NCBI GenBank assembly: GCA_039931165.1
Contig: JBDTSL010000001.1
Span: forward strand, 2,214-66,213
Source: Candidatus Doudnabacteria bacterium
GTDB taxonomy: Bacteria; Patescibacteriota; Doudnabacteria; UBA920; O2-02-FULL-48-8
Direction of reading: 5' to 3'
DNA: 64,000 bases
Part shown: positions 1 to 11,169 of the stretch, piece by piece
How positions within the stretch are numbered: position 1 is the first letter of the stretch
Layout of the letters: each line of letters opens with the position of its first letter
Made by a program: the position numbers and the translations under genes
Notes under the pieces: generated by a model
Databases searched by the model: none
What the model saw: the letters and a program-made list of their open reading frames with translations, nothing else
What the model was told of the DNA's origin: nothing

Positions 1-289
1 CGTCAATGGGCACTCCCAGCGCGTTAAACATCCGGCCCAGGGTTTCTTTGCCTACGCCGACAGTGATAGGAGCTCCGGTGTCAATCACGTCCAAATATCT
101 TTGCAGTCCGTCTGTGGCTCCCATAGCGATCGTGCGGACTTGCCCCGCGCCTATGTGCTGAGCGACTTCCAAAACCAAAACCTGGCCTTGATTCAACACT
201 TCCAAAGCATTGCGAATCGCCGGCAGGTCTTTCTCGAACTGCACATCCACCACCGCGCCCGTAACTTGTGTGACTTTTCCTTTGTTCAT
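1..289 (-). CDS. atpD: F0F1 ATP synthase subunit beta, N-terminal part (runs off window)
   Basis: Manual translation from ATG at 289: [31 protein letters not shown]...[18 protein letters not shown]; directly follows atpG. Confidence 0.95.
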   Translation of the reverse strand, partial: MNKGKVTQVTGAVVDVQFEKDLPAIRNALEVLNQGQVLVLEVAQHIGAGQVRTIAMGATDGLQRYLDVIDTGAPITVGVGKETLGRMFNALGVPID

Positions 290-306
290 AAGTTCCTTTC
301 TTGAAT

Positions 307-1218
307 TTAACTTTCCATGGCCAGCTTCGCCGCGCTAATTTCCGACAATTCTCTGGTAATTCCCGCCTGCCTGGCCTGGTTATAACTTAATGACAGGTCT
401 TCCAGCAGGTCGCCTGCGGCTTCATTGGCATTGCGCATGGCCACCATTCGGGCGGAGTGTTCTGAAGCCGACGCCTCGACCAATGCCTGATATACCGTAA
501 ACTCGATGGTTTTGGTAATTAAGCTCTCTAGGACTTGGTCAGCATCTGGTTCAAACAGAAACTCTGCGCGCTGAGCGCTCAGCGCTGAGCGCTCATTGGC
601 AAAGGGTAACAATTGAAGCATATTCGGCTTTTGAACCAATGTCGAAACAAAATCCGAATATATCAAAAGCACCTTTTCATATTTTCCGCCAGAGGCGGAC
701 CCGCCTACAGCGGGATTAACTCCTAAATATTCTTGCATGGCTATTTGTGAGATTGGCCGGGCATCCAGAGAGTTAACTTTATCTTTAGCAGAAAATGAAG
801 CGATGATGTTTAAGTTCAATCGGCGAACGGCATCCGCGGCTTTTTTCCCGACCGTTATGAAGTCAAATTTTTCGCTACCTTCCTCCTTCATCAGGTTAAC
901 GGTTTTATTTATGACATTAGTATTGAACGCGCCGGCTAATCCGCGGTCGGACGAGATCACAATCGCCAAGATCCGCTTAGGCGCCGCTTGCGGTTTAGAA
1001 AGCGGGCGATTCAGCAGCGGATGCTTGCCGGTGTCGGTAAATGCCGAGATATTGCTCAAAAGTTTGGAAGACAAAATTGCGTAAGGTCTGGATGCGGTGG
1101 CCAATATTTGAGCTTTGCGCATTTTTGCAGCCGAAACCAGCTCCATGGCCTTAGTGATCTGACCGATGTTAGTGATCGATTTTATACGCCGCTTGATTTC
1201 TCTGCTGTTCGATGCCAT
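307..1218 (-). CDS. atpG: F0F1 ATP synthase subunit gamma
   Basis: [57 protein letters not shown]. Confidence 0.97.
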   Translation of the reverse strand: MASNSREIKRRIKSITNIGQITKAMELVSAAKMRKAQILATASRPYAILSSKLLSNISAFTDTGKHPLLNRPLSKPQAAPKRILAIVISSDRGLAGAFNTNVINKTVNLMKEEGSEKFDFITVGKKAADAVRRLNLNIIASFSAKDKVNSLDARPISQIAMQEYLGVNPAVGGSASGGKYEKVLLIYSDFVSTLVQKPNMLQLLPFANERSALSAQRAEFLFEPDADQVLESLITKTIEFTVYQALVEASASEHSARMVAMRNANEAAGDLLEDLSLSYNQARQAGITRELSEISAAKLAMES

Positions 1219-2744
1219 TAATTATACCCTTTCTTAAAATCCTCAATTGCTTTCTTGAGTTCAGCTTCTGTTTTTTCTTTCAACTCTTTTTCCGTCGCGA
1301 TTGCTTTCAGCAAATCTTTTTTCTGTATATCCAAAAACTTATGGAAATTATTTTCCCAGTCTTTGACCTTTTCAACAGCCACATCGTCCAGATAACCATT
1401 AATGGCGGCATACAATATTACCACTTGATGCTCCACAGCCATGGGCTCAAACTGATCTTGCTTGAGTATTTCCGTGATCCTAAGCCCCAGGTCAATGCGG
1501 GCTTTGGTCTGAGCATCCAGATCGGAAGCCAGCTGAGTAAAGGCGGCCAGAGCGCGGAACTGAGCCAGATCCAGACGCAATTTTCCGGCAACTTTTTTCA
1601 TAGCTTTTATCTGCGCCGCGGAGCCGACGCGGGAAACGGAAATACCGACGTTTAAAGCAGGCCTGATGCCCTGATAAAACAAATCGCTTTCCAGGAAGAT
1701 CTGTCCGTCGGTAATGGAAATGACATTGGTCGGAATGTAGGCGGACACGTCCCCGGCCTGCGTTTCAATTATGGGCAATGCGGTCAGAGAACCTGCGCCT
1801 TTTTCTTTATTCAATTTGGCCGCACGCTCGAGAAGCCGGGAATGCAGATAAAACACATCGCCGGGGTATGCTTCGCGTCCCGGTGGCCTTCTTAAGAGCA
1901 AAGAAATTTCACGATAAGAAACCGCGTGCCTGGACAGATCATCGTAAACTATCAAAGCGTGTTTGCCCTGGTCCATAAAATACTCGCCCATGGCGCATCC
2001 GGCAAATGGGGCGATATACGAGAGCGCTGCCGGGTCGGAGGCGCCCGCCACTACAATAATGGTGTTTTTCATGGCATCGCGCTGTTCCAGTTCCGCCACG
2101 ATGCGCGCGATCTTTGATTCCTTCTGTCCGATAGCGACATAGATGCTGATCACACCTTTGTCTTTTTGGTTGATGATAGTATCGATGGCGATTGCCGTTT
2201 TACCGGTTTGCCGGTCCCCAATGATCAGTTCGCGCTGGCCGCGGCCGATCGGGATCATGGCGTCAATTGCTTTAATGCCGGTTTGCAAAGGCTCATTCAC
2301 GGATTGTCTTTCAATAACTCCGGGAGCGATCTTTTCCACCGGGTAATACACCAAGGTGGATTTCCCGCCAGAGGCGGGTCCGCCTTCGGCGGATATCGGT
2401 CCTTTGTTATCCAGAGGCTCACCTAAAGGATTTACCACTCGTCCGATCAACCCCACCCCCACCGGAACCGATAAAATTTTGCCTGTTGCCGTGACCTTAT
2501 CTCCTTGCTTGATGTTCGTATCGTCACCCAGTAAAATGACGCCGATCGAATCCTGGTCCAAATTCAGGGCAACGCCGATCACTCCGCCTGCAAATTCCAA
2601 CATTTCCGAAGCTTTGACACTGGAAAGCCCGGCAACGCGGGCAATGCCGTCGCCTACGCTTAAGACAATCCCGACTGTTTCAAGTTTGGCGTTGGCCTGA
2701 AAATTATCGATCCGATTTTTGAGTTGTGTAAGTATGTCGGGCAT
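1218..2744 (-). CDS. atpA: F0F1 ATP synthase subunit alpha
   Basis: GDRQTGKT Walker [22 protein letters not shown]. Confidence 0.98.
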   Translation of the reverse strand: MPDILTQLKNRIDNFQANAKLETVGIVLSVGDGIARVAGLSSVKASEMLEFAGGVIGVALNLDQDSIGVILLGDDTNIKQGDKVTATGKILSVPVGVGLIGRVVNPLGEPLDNKGPISAEGGPASGGKSTLVYYPVEKIAPGVIERQSVNEPLQTGIKAIDAMIPIGRGQRELIIGDRQTGKTAIAIDTIINQKDKGVISIYVAIGQKESKIARIVAELEQRDAMKNTIIVVAGASDPAALSYIAPFAGCAMGEYFMDQGKHALIVYDDLSRHAVSYREISLLLRRPPGREAYPGDVFYLHSRLLERAAKLNKEKGAGSLTALPIIETQAGDVSAYIPTNVISITDGQIFLESDLFYQGIRPALNVGISVSRVGSAAQIKAMKKVAGKLRLDLAQFRALAAFTQLASDLDAQTKARIDLGLRITEILKQDQFEPMAVEHQVVILYAAINGYLDDVAVEKVKDWENNFHKFLDIQKKDLLKAIATEKELKEKTEAELKKAIEDFKKGYN

Positions 2745-2752
2745 ATACGTTA

Positions 2753-3151
2753 TTAATTACTTAATTCCTTCTTTAATTGTTCCAAATTATTCTTAACCGA
2801 GGCATCGAGAATCTGATCGTCCATTCTTATTATCACTCCGCCGATCAATTGCTCATCGATTTGTTTTTTTACCTCGACTTTTCCGTTGACCAGCCTGTTA
2901 AGCTGATCCACGATTTCCTGTTCATTCTGTTTGTTCAAAGGATGCGCTGAAGTTATCTGAGCTTGTTTTATGCCCTTTCTCGCCAGGTCCAGTTTGTGAA
3001 ATTCTGAGCTTATCTCGTCAAATAATCGTAAATCGTTATTTTCCGCAAGGACTTTGACAAAATTATCCAAAACCGTGCTTTCATCCTGGGGTCTTGCGCT
3101 TTCAATCGCTTCTAACAGCGCCTGGGCATATTGTTTGGCGGCATACTTCAT
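2753..3151 (-). CDS. atpH: F0F1 ATP synthase subunit delta (short form)
   Basis: AKQYAQAL N-terminus, [23 protein letters not shown]-terminal motif, operon position. Confidence 0.9.
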   Translation of the reverse strand: MKYAAKQYAQALLEAIESARPQDESTVLDNFVKVLAENNDLRLFDEISSEFHKLDLARKGIKQAQITSAHPLNKQNEQEIVDQLNRLVNGKVEVKKQIDEQLIGGVIIRMDDQILDASVKNNLEQLKKELSN

Positions 3152-3642
3152 TTGATTTGCCTGACACTTTCGTTGATTAATTCATGGTCTGTCTTGGAAT
3201 CAAGCTTGCCTCGCAAAATCTTTTCGGACGTTGCCACTACCAGCGTGGCGATTTCCTGTTTTATTTCTTTCAGCATCCGGGTTTTTTCGTTTTCAACGCT
3301 TGATTTTGCCTGTTCCATAACTTTACGCGCCTGGTTCTGAGCCTCGACAATAGTCTCCTGTTTGATCTTGGTCGCGGTGTCCGCGGTCGTTCGCAAGATC
3401 TTGTCAGCCTCGGCGCGGACTTTTTTCATCTCCTGGGTTTTCCATGCATCAAATTTTTTCTTTTCTTCGTCCAGACGGTCGGCATTTTTCAAGCCTTCTT
3501 CAATCCTCTCGGTCCGCTTGGTCAAAGTCGCGCCCAAAGGCTTAACCACCCATTTCCAGAAAATAAACAAAATAATGCTGAAGTTGATCAGCTGTGCCAA
3601 AAACAATTTCCAATTGATTCCAAGTGTTCCTAAAACTTCCAT
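3148..3642 (-). CDS. atpF: F0F1 ATP synthase subunit b
   Basis: LGINWKLFLAQLINFSIILF TM helix then charged coiled coil; operon position. Confidence 0.93.
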   Translation of the reverse strand: MEVLGTLGINWKLFLAQLINFSIILFIFWKWVVKPLGATLTKRTERIEEGLKNADRLDEEKKKFDAWKTQEMKKVRAEADKILRTTADTATKIKQETIVEAQNQARKVMEQAKSSVENEKTRMLKEIKQEIATLVVATSEKILRGKLDSKTDHELINESVRQIK

Positions 3643-3719
3643 AAAATTTAGTTAATTAGCGTACAGCGTATAGCGTAAAGCGTATAGATCTAAACCCTAT
3701 ACGCTAAACCCTAAACGCT

Positions 3720-3956
<237 letters not shown>

Positions 3957-4051
3957 TTAATCGACTGGTTTGTTATATTTAAAGTCGTTCGTAAGAGTTA
4001 AAAGTTCAGAAACAGAAACCTATCGACTGTAAGTCTCTGTAGCCTAAACTA

Positions 4052-4888
4052 TTACCCGCCCGACTGAACGACGTCAGTCGTTCGGGCGGGATGGCTGGTT
4101 TCGTGAACCGGTGCCGTGGCCATTGTCAGATAAACCAGGGTTAGCATGGAGAACACCAAGGCCTGGATCAATCCCACAATCAACTCCAAAAAAATAAACG
4201 GCAGCGGCAAAAAATACGCGAACAATCCGGCCATAATGGTCAGCAGTACTTCGCCTGCGAAAATATTCCCGAACAGCCGGAACGACAAAGAAACCAGCTT
4301 TGCAACCTCCGAAATAATCTCCAGAAAACCCACGCCAAACTCGATGATCGCTGTCATGATGCTTACTGGGCCTTTGCCGAAAGACTTAAACAAATCTCCT
4401 AGTTTGATAAATTTGTTGGCGTACCGAAAAAATCCAATTACGGCCACTCCCATAATGTGCGAAACCAACACAGCGAACACTGCCATGGCCAAAGTCAGAT
4501 TAAGGTCGCTGTTGGCTGAGCGCAGCAGCGGCACCAGTTCGGTTTTACCCTCAACCATCAGATACCTGCCGATTGAGCCTGTGCCCGGTAGCAGGCCCAG
4601 ATAGTTTGAAAATAAAATAAACAGAAACATTCCGCCGATTACCGGCAGGACTTGCAAAGATTTTTGCCTGTTATGGGTCACCTGGTCGATGTAGCCTAGC
4701 ATAAACTCCAAGATACTTTCGGCAAAGTTCTGGAAGCCTTTTGGGATCAGATCCGTCTTTTTGCGCAAAATAAAGCCAACGATCAGGAATACTACAACCG
4801 CAATAGATGAGTTAATGTAAGCATTCGTCACCGGAAATTGACCAATATGTAATATTGACTCTGCGACTAGTGGAGGTATAGCGGTCAT
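4052..4888 (-). CDS. atpB: F0F1 ATP synthase subunit a
   Basis: SLSFRLFGNIFAGE, LIQALVFSML. Confidence 0.96.
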   Translation of the reverse strand: MTAIPPLVAESILHIGQFPVTNAYINSSIAVVVFLIVGFILRKKTDLIPKGFQNFAESILEFMLGYIDQVTHNRQKSLQVLPVIGGMFLFILFSNYLGLLPGTGSIGRYLMVEGKTELVPLLRSANSDLNLTLAMAVFAVLVSHIMGVAVIGFFRYANKFIKLGDLFKSFGKGPVSIMTAIIEFGVGFLEIISEVAKLVSLSFRLFGNIFAGEVLLTIMAGLFAYFLPLPFIFLELIVGLIQALVFSMLTLVYLTMATAPVHETSHPARTTDVVQSGG

Positions 4889-5118
4889 TTGATGTACTTT
4901 TTTAATCTATAAGTTAACCACGCCGTGGTACTCGCGATTGCCAAGACTATACCGATTAAAGTAACCCAGGGCAGCGTGTGATGCATGTTGTTGTCGATCC
5001 ATTTGCCCAAAAGCGCCAAAACCACGAGTGGAATCGCGATTATATAACCCAGCTCAAAGCTTAAGCTGATGAGAGCTGCTTTATCGAGTTTTTTGGGTTT
5101 TTGTAGAGGTGATTCCAT
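4885..5118 (-). CDS. AtpZ/AtpI family membrane protein
   Basis: Two TM helices, LGKWID motif, first gene of atp operon; start moved to MESPLQK (ATG 5118). Confidence 0.8.
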   Translation of the reverse strand: MESPLQKPKKLDKAALISLSFELGYIIAIPLVVLALLGKWIDNNMHHTLPWVTLIGIVLAIASTTAWLTYRLKKYIK

Positions 5119-5200
5119 ATTGAAGCGCGTAAATTCTAACAAAAAAAGCCTCATTTGGCAATAGCGAAAAAAAACAGCACCCTTGACTTTTAAGAAATCA

Positions 5201-6877
5201 TCATTGAATTAGATCCGAAAACACCACCAGCCGTTGAGGATAACTGTTGGTGATTTTATTAAAATCGCCGATGCAGGTAATAAGAATAAGACGGTTACCT
5301 CCGTTTGAAACAAAAATATCCGAAGCATCCGCTTTTGCTTCGTAGAAACGGCGCTCTCTGACCTCAAATACAAAAGAAACTCCCCTGTCGTCTACCACCG
5401 ACATCGTTTGGCCTACAGTTACATTTTTCAGATTATCAAAAATCGCGGTCTGTCCGCCCGACCAAATCCCGCTATGGCCGTCTATAACGGCATTGCCCGG
5501 CTGGCCAGGTCGAGGGCCCAAATTAAACCATCCGACATGGGCGCGGCCCGCGGCTGTATCCATGGCTCCGGCCGCTGTCAAACCGACTTGCTCGATCGCG
5601 GCATTGACCCTGATGCTGGGAATTTTCAAAAAAGCCGGCAGTCCGCTGGGAATTGGTTTCGGCACAGGGATAGGTTTGGGGGTGGTTGTATTTGGAAGCG
5701 TCGGAGTTGGAATAGGTACCGGAGTGGGAACCGGAGCGATTGGGACCGGCACAATCGCTACGGGGTTACTGAGCGAAGGACTGGGCAGAACTGAGAGAGG
5801 TTGACCGCTAAAATAACTGTTAACCAGAAAGTACGCGAGCAGGCAGATCAGGGATCCGACAACAATAATCACCATCAGTGTTTTTTGTTTTCTTAACCCT
5901 GCCCACAGCGCAAGCAAGCCGGATATTGCCGCAAACGAGATTACAATTGCCCAATTCGTGGGATTGCTTGAACCGGGATCGGTTGCCACACCGGCCGTAA
6001 TATCAAAAAGATTTGGCGGAGTCGGCAACAGATCCGTGCTCGGAAAATCCGGAGCCCGGACCATGCCCGGCACAGCCACTATAACATTTATGGAAACTTT
6101 ATCCATCGCGGCCAGACCATTGGCGATCCCTTCGGCAGTAGCGATACTCTTCGCGTTTGCGGTAAGTTTAACTGAGCAGGTGTATATCCAAGACTCGCCG
6201 GCGTTAAGCAGTTTGTCGCTGTTGGCATCACCCGTTGGTCCTATTACGGACTGGCATTGATCGTCAGAAACGCTGATTCTGCCAATCGGGGCAATTCCCG
6301 GGTTCGAAACCTTATAAGTATACGTTACAAGTCCGCCGCCGAAGGGCAGGACAAACTGATCGGGTTGCGCTACAAGATGAATCAAAGGAGGAATTATGGG
6401 TTCGCTGACCACCACCGTGGCACTGGAGATGGCTGTCGCTGTCAGACCGACAGAATTGCCTGTGGCGGTGGCTGTATTGGTTGTGGTCCGGCCGATCTGA
6501 GTCGTACACCGGTATAACCAAATTTCGTTTGTATCGAGAATCAGATTAAGATTGGGGTCGCCGGAAACAAAACTTACCGAAGCGCATCTGTCGTCAGCAA
6601 CCTTTAAATTATGCACGCCGACTGTTCCGGCATTGGCAACCTTAAAAGTATAAGTGACCAATCCTGGACCTGCGGGCAAAGTCAGCGGGTTTGGCACTTC
6701 CGTAAGGGAAATCAGCGGAGGAATAGCGATAATACTGGCTTGATCCACAGTAGGGTTTGTTTGTATTTGCGCATTTGCGTACATGGCGCCGCACAACACG
6801 ACGAACAAAATCGGCAGGACCAAAAATGCGAACTTGGCAAAAATTCTTTTAGCACGCATGTTCTCGATATGTTTCAT
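5201..6877 (-). CDS. Multidomain class F sortase: signal peptide, two Ig-like repeats, two TM helices, Pro-rich linker, sortase domain
   Basis: C-terminal LKIPSIRVNAAIEQVG..GWFNLGPRPGQPGNAVIDGH..LITC..YPQRLVVF (His/Cys/Arg triad); N-terminal VTYTFKVAN/VTYTYKVSN repeats match neighbouring surface proteins. Confidence 0.85.
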   Translation of the reverse strand: MKHIENMRAKRIFAKFAFLVLPILFVVLCGAMYANAQIQTNPTVDQASIIAIPPLISLTEVPNPLTLPAGPGLVTYTFKVANAGTVGVHNLKVADDRCASVSFVSGDPNLNLILDTNEIWLYRCTTQIGRTTTNTATATGNSVGLTATAISSATVVVSEPIIPPLIHLVAQPDQFVLPFGGGLVTYTYKVSNPGIAPIGRISVSDDQCQSVIGPTGDANSDKLLNAGESWIYTCSVKLTANAKSIATAEGIANGLAAMDKVSINVIVAVPGMVRAPDFPSTDLLPTPPNLFDITAGVATDPGSSNPTNWAIVISFAAISGLLALWAGLRKQKTLMVIIVVGSLICLLAYFLVNSYFSGQPLSVLPSPSLSNPVAIVPVPIAPVPTPVPIPTPTLPNTTTPKPIPVPKPIPSGLPAFLKIPSIRVNAAIEQVGLTAAGAMDTAAGRAHVGWFNLGPRPGQPGNAVIDGHSGIWSGGQTAIFDNLKNVTVGQTMSVVDDRGVSFVFEVRERRFYEAKADASDIFVSNGGNRLILITCIGDFNKITNSYPQRLVVFSDLIQ

Positions 6878-6908
6878 GGTGTATATTATTAATGATCAGC
6901 TTTATTGC

Positions 6909-7859
6909 TTACAAGACTATATAAGAGTTAAGTATTTTTCTCGTGGCCGGGCCGACATTGCCTAAAACATCAAGACCGTTATCCTTCTGAAATTCTCTGA
7001 CCGCGCTCTGCGTTTCGGTTTGGAAAGAATCGGAGAGCGGCGAATTGAGAGGAATATATCCCAAACATTTAAGAAGACTCTGAAGCAATACCACTTGGGA
7101 GCCGCTACTGCCGATTTTCAATGGACCGGTGAAAGATTCAGCCAGACCACAAGGCCCAGTTTCGTTGGCCGCGGCAGGAAGAGAATATAGCCCGGCCGGT
7201 ATTGGAGGTCCTTCCGCTACTGCCGGCGCCTCGGTCCGGACTCCCGCCACTTCCCCATCCACAAGATCCGCGAATACCACAAACCGTTTAGAGTAGGTTT
7301 TTTTCGATTTATCCCAGACCCCGGCGCAAGTAACAAGATTAAGATGCGCGCCGCTGTCAGACGAATAAACTTCCGGGACCTTGGCGTCAAAATCATAAAA
7401 TCTGGTCTCCCGCACCGCAAAAGGCACGGATTCTCCGTTTTCCGTCAGGATCTGCACCATATCTCCTTTGACCAGCTTATTTAGATTATAAAATACGGCC
7501 GCCTTCCCGTTGGTCCAATCCAAATGGCCTGCGATGACCGAACTGCCCTCCTGACCCGGTTTGGGTCCTTGATCATACCACCCGACATCCTCGGGGCGCT
7601 TAGGCACGTCCATTGCGCCGCCCGCTGTTTCACCCACATTCTCTATGGCGGCGTCGACATTTAAACTCGGGATCACTAAACGCAACGGCTGTCCGTAATC
7701 CGCGGGTTGGTCTTTTATGCCCGCCAGCACAGGAGCGCTGGCTATCTGTTTAGCCGGAGTTTTATCATAATCAAGAGCATACCGTAAAAACAGCAGGAGG
7801 CATATCGCGAATCCGGCCACTAGGATCACGGAGAATTGTTTGCTAAAAAATGTTTTCAT
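6909..7859 (-). CDS. Class F sortase with C-terminal peptidoglycan-binding (PGBD-like) domain
   Basis: RLVIPSLNVDA..GWYDQGPKPGQEGSSVIAGH..LVTC..YSKRFVV; C-terminal LKIGSSGSQVVLLQSLL..TQSAVREFQKDNGL..GNVGPATR. Confidence 0.88.
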   Translation of the reverse strand: MKTFFSKQFSVILVAGFAICLLLFLRYALDYDKTPAKQIASAPVLAGIKDQPADYGQPLRLVIPSLNVDAAIENVGETAGGAMDVPKRPEDVGWYDQGPKPGQEGSSVIAGHLDWTNGKAAVFYNLNKLVKGDMVQILTENGESVPFAVRETRFYDFDAKVPEVYSSDSGAHLNLVTCAGVWDKSKKTYSKRFVVFADLVDGEVAGVRTEAPAVAEGPPIPAGLYSLPAAANETGPCGLAESFTGPLKIGSSGSQVVLLQSLLKCLGYIPLNSPLSDSFQTETQSAVREFQKDNGLDVLGNVGPATRKILNSYIVL

Positions 7860-7897
7860 TCCGAGAAAATATCTTCAAGGACATTATATCAGAAAAG

Positions 7898-7931
7898 CCG
7901 GACAACCTGACCTAAGACAGGTTCATCCGGC
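7898..7931. terminator. Hairpin between surface protein gene and sortase gene
   Basis: CCGGA.AACCTG ... CAGGTT..TCCGG stem followed by TTTT on minus strand. Confidence 0.5.
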
Positions 7932-7958
7932 AATTTGGACTTGCAGTGTCTAACTCTA

Positions 7959-9548
7959 CTATTTTCCCGCACGAATTCGCTTTCGGTCAAATTTTCTTCG
8001 GTAAATATAAAGCAGGAACAAAGCTCCGATTATTCCGACCGGAAAAATAATTTTCCATGGGGTGCTATGATCCGCGCTCAGCCCTGTACTTGGAAACGCA
8101 GGAACTTCTGTGGCCGGCAACGCAGGCGGCGCAACCACCACAGTAGCGAACGCAAGATCAGTGGCAGTTATGCCATTGGCCGTGCCGGAGGCTGTGGCAG
8201 TGTTCAGGGTCGTGGCAGTGAGATTTGAGATACAGGTAAAGCTCCAGCTCTCGGTCGGTTCGAGCAGATTGTTTTGATTGATATCTCCCGGGTGTCCTAC
8301 AACTCTACCGGGTAAGCCTGTGCATTTGTTATCAGTAACAGTTACATCACTTAAAGCCACGGTACCCGGGTTGGTGACGGTATATCTGTAAGTAACCGCT
8401 CCGCCGCCTGCCGGCAGTGTGAAAGGATAAGGGATCTTTACCACATGGATCAAAGGAGGAACGACGGCAGCGCCGACGACAACTGTTGCGGTGGCTGTGT
8501 CGGTAGAGCTTAGTCCCAGAGAGAATCCTGTGGCTGTGACGGTATTTGTATGAGTGGCGGCTAGGGTCGTGGCGCAGTTGTATATCCAGACTTCAGTCAG
8601 ATCCAGCGCGCCGTTGGCATTGGTATCGCCGGAGACAAAGTTTACCGGGCCACAGCTGTCATCGGTCACTCTGACAGTGGACATCGGGACAGTTCCGATG
8701 TTACGGACAGAGTAAGTGTAGGTCACGAGCCCGGGACCGCTGGGCAATGATAATGGGCTGGGTACTTTTAGGACATCGATCAGCGGTGGGACCGGGACCG
8801 GGCCTCCGGGGCCGGCGGGCGGTGTGCCTGATGAACATGAGTCAGAAATAGCATTAGTCTGCAACGTTACTTCACCAACCAAAGCTAAGGCGCGGCCAAT
8901 CAAACTTGCGCCGGTGGCTAATGTAATATCGCCAGAGTTTGTGATAATGGTTCCCTTGATCTGTGAGCCGGTACCGATGTTCATAGCTATCGGAACCTGC
9001 CAATATACATCGCAGGCGCTAGCTCCATTGGTTACCGCAACAGTAGTACCTCCGCTATCAGTGATACTGGACGTACTGCTGAAAATGTAGACGCCGGCGC
9101 CATCAAGAGTAATGGTGCCGCCGGTCATAACTCCCGCGGCTACATCATAAACTCCTGGGGTGATCGTTACATTCCCTGACAAAGTTTGGGCTGGTCCAGG
9201 CCCTTGAGCCGCAAGTTGCCCATACGCAGTAAGCGCATCGGCTTCGGGAGTATTCACTGTAGGAGCAACATCATATCCTGCCGCGATTCCCGGACCCGCT
9301 GTATCAGCGAATCCTACGTTCGAGCTATCAGACCCGACACGTCCCGAAAGTACCGATAAGCCTGTATTTGTCACCCCCGCTTTACCAAGAGCCGAATAGG
9401 CAGCAGACGCTCCGAGGGTTGGCGCTACGCCTGTAACGGCATAAACAGTAGTGCCTTTCATTACAAACATTCCAGCCACCAAGGTCACTAAAAGAAATCC
9501 AACAAATAACGTTTTATTGTATTTTTTTGTTGTTCGTTTTTTTATCAC
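7959..9548 (-). CDS. DUF3494 (ice-binding-like) surface protein with two Ig-like repeats and sortase sorting signal
   Basis: GTITLDGAGVYIF, GASACDVYWQV, GRALALVGEVTL; C-terminal FPSTG + TM + basic tail; GTG start. Confidence 0.85.
   Translation of the reverse strand: MIKKRTTKKYNKTLFVGFLLVTLVAGMFVMKGTTVYAVTGVAPTLGASAAYSALGKAGVTNTGLSVLSGRVGSDSSNVGFADTAGPGIAAGYDVAPTVNTPEADALTAYGQLAAQGPGPAQTLSGNVTITPGVYDVAAGVMTGGTITLDGAGVYIFSSTSSITDSGGTTVAVTNGASACDVYWQVPIAMNIGTGSQIKGTIITNSGDITLATGASLIGRALALVGEVTLQTNAISDSCSSGTPPAGPGGPVPVPPLIDVLKVPSPLSLPSGPGLVTYTYSVRNIGTVPMSTVRVTDDSCGPVNFVSGDTNANGALDLTEVWIYNCATTLAATHTNTVTATGFSLGLSSTDTATATVVVGAAVVPPLIHVVKIPYPFTLPAGGGAVTYRYTVTNPGTVALSDVTVTDNKCTGLPGRVVGHPGDINQNNLLEPTESWSFTCISNLTATTLNTATASGTANGITATDLAFATVVVAPPALPATEVPAFPSTGLSADHSTPWKIIFPVGIIGALFLLYIYRRKFDRKRIRAGK
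8134..8830. repeat. Copy 1 of ~697-bp near-identical direct repeat (stalk domains)
   Basis: Matches 9728-10424 at constant offset 1594 apart from a patch at ~8727-8755 and a nearby SNP. Confidence 0.95.
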
Positions 9549-9567
9549 GAATCCCAGTTTTATTTTA

Positions 9568-11169
9568 TTAAAACGCTCGTTTTTTTCGGGCCACGTAGAA
9601 CAGCAATAAGGCCGCGATCATTCCCGCCGGAAGGATGACATTCCACAAAGTATTTCTTCCCGCTGGCGCATATCCGGTAGCTGCCAAACCGATGCCTGGA
9701 GGCGGAGTTGGTGTTGCCGGCGGCGCTACCACCACAGTAGCGAACGCAAGATCAGTGGCAGTTATGCCATTGGCCGTGCCGGAGGCTGTGGCAGTGTTCA
9801 GGGTCGTGGCAGTGAGATTTGAGATACAGGTAAAGCTCCAGCTCTCGGTCGGTTCGAGCAGATTGTTTTGATTGATATCTCCCGGGTGTCCTACAACTCT
9901 ACCGGGTAAGCCTGTGCATTTGTTATCAGTAACAGTTACATCACTTAAAGCCACGGTACCCGGGTTGGTGACGGTATATCTGTAAGTAACCGCTCCGCCG
10001 CCTGCCGGCAGTGTGAAAGGATAAGGGATCTTTACCACATGGATCAAAGGAGGAACGACGGCAGCGCCGACGACAACTGTTGCGGTGGCTGTGTCGGTAG
10101 AGCTTAGTCCCAGAGAGAATCCTGTGGCTGTGACGGTATTTGTATGAGTGGCGGCTAGGGTCGTGGCGCAGTTGTATATCCAGACTTCAGTCAGATCCAG
10201 CGCGCCGTTGGCATTGGTATCGCCGGAGACAAAGTTTACCGGGCCACAGCTGTCATCGGTCACTCTGACAGTGGACATCGGGACAGTTCCGATGTTACGG
10301 ACAGAGTAAGTGTAGGTCACAGATCCGGGACCACCAGGCAAAGACAAAGGGCTGGGTACTTTTAGGACATCGATCAGCGGTGGGACCGGGACCGGGCCGC
10401 CGGGGCCGGCGGGCGGTGTGCCTGCACATGTCACCGGTGTGGCTATATTGGTCGTATTCCCCGTTGTAACTACTCCGCCAAATGACAAGGCCCTTCCTGT
10501 CCAGTTTACGTTAGCACCAGTTGTAATGCCCGAATCATCAATAACTGTTCCTAACATAGTCGTATTGTCTGCGAGTGATGTTGCAGAAGTGGCAGTCCAA
10601 AAAACGTCACACGGAGATGCCCCGGCCACTTGCACAATCGCCCCTGCCGACGAGGTTAGGGCGCCAAAAATCCTGAATATATATGTTCCAGCTCCATTAA
10701 GCGTAATTGTGCCTGTTATCTGCGCAGCACTACCGGCTGTAGTGCAATAAATTCCGGGCAGATAAACTCCAATACCACCAGGGTGAAGGGCTTCAGTGCC
10801 CAGATTAACCGCTCCGGCTGGGAAAGTGTAATCGCAAGGCAATTGAGCATTCAAATTAACAAGTGCGCTGCCCTGATCTGTGCCTGCGGTAGAATATGGA
10901 GCACCCGAGCCGTAGCGCAGCTGTGTGCCTAGCGGGTGAACTGCCGGTCCTGTAGTAAATCCGATATCGCCGTTAACCGTGGTTCCGGCGAAGGTATTAA
11001 TGAAAGAACTGGCAAGAATGGCATATGATGTGGCCGCTCCAAGGTTCGGAGTTGTAGCCGCACGAGCCATAAGGCCATTCATCATAGAAATCCCGGCCAT
11101 AAGCAGAATAACCAACAGAGATATAACAATCCGGCCTTTGTATTTTTTTGCGTTTCGTTTTTTTATCAT
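9568..11169 (-). CDS. DUF3494 (ice-binding-like) surface protein with two Ig-like repeats and sorting signal
   Basis: PNLGAATSYAILA, TITLNGAGTYIFR, CDVFW, WTGRALSFGG; C-terminal LAATG + TM + RKKR. Confidence 0.85.
   Translation of the reverse strand: MIKKRNAKKYKGRIVISLLVILLMAGISMMNGLMARAATTPNLGAATSYAILASSFINTFAGTTVNGDIGFTTGPAVHPLGTQLRYGSGAPYSTAGTDQGSALVNLNAQLPCDYTFPAGAVNLGTEALHPGGIGVYLPGIYCTTAGSAAQITGTITLNGAGTYIFRIFGALTSSAGAIVQVAGASPCDVFWTATSATSLADNTTMLGTVIDDSGITTGANVNWTGRALSFGGVVTTGNTTNIATPVTCAGTPPAGPGGPVPVPPLIDVLKVPSPLSLPGGPGSVTYTYSVRNIGTVPMSTVRVTDDSCGPVNFVSGDTNANGALDLTEVWIYNCATTLAATHTNTVTATGFSLGLSSTDTATATVVVGAAVVPPLIHVVKIPYPFTLPAGGGAVTYRYTVTNPGTVALSDVTVTDNKCTGLPGRVVGHPGDINQNNLLEPTESWSFTCISNLTATTLNTATASGTANGITATDLAFATVVVAPPATPTPPPGIGLAATGYAPAGRNTLWNVILPAGMIAALLLFYVARKKRAF
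9728..10424. repeat. Copy 2 of ~697-bp direct repeat
   Basis: See 8134-8830. Confidence 0.95.

Noticed and set aside
3657-3719. Short repeats as a CRISPR array
   Set aside because: 7-bp periodicity without unique spacers; no cas genes.
8134-10424. Repeat pair as diversity-generating retroelement TR/VR
   Set aside because: Both copies are coding, differences are not adenine-specific, and no reverse transcriptase is present.
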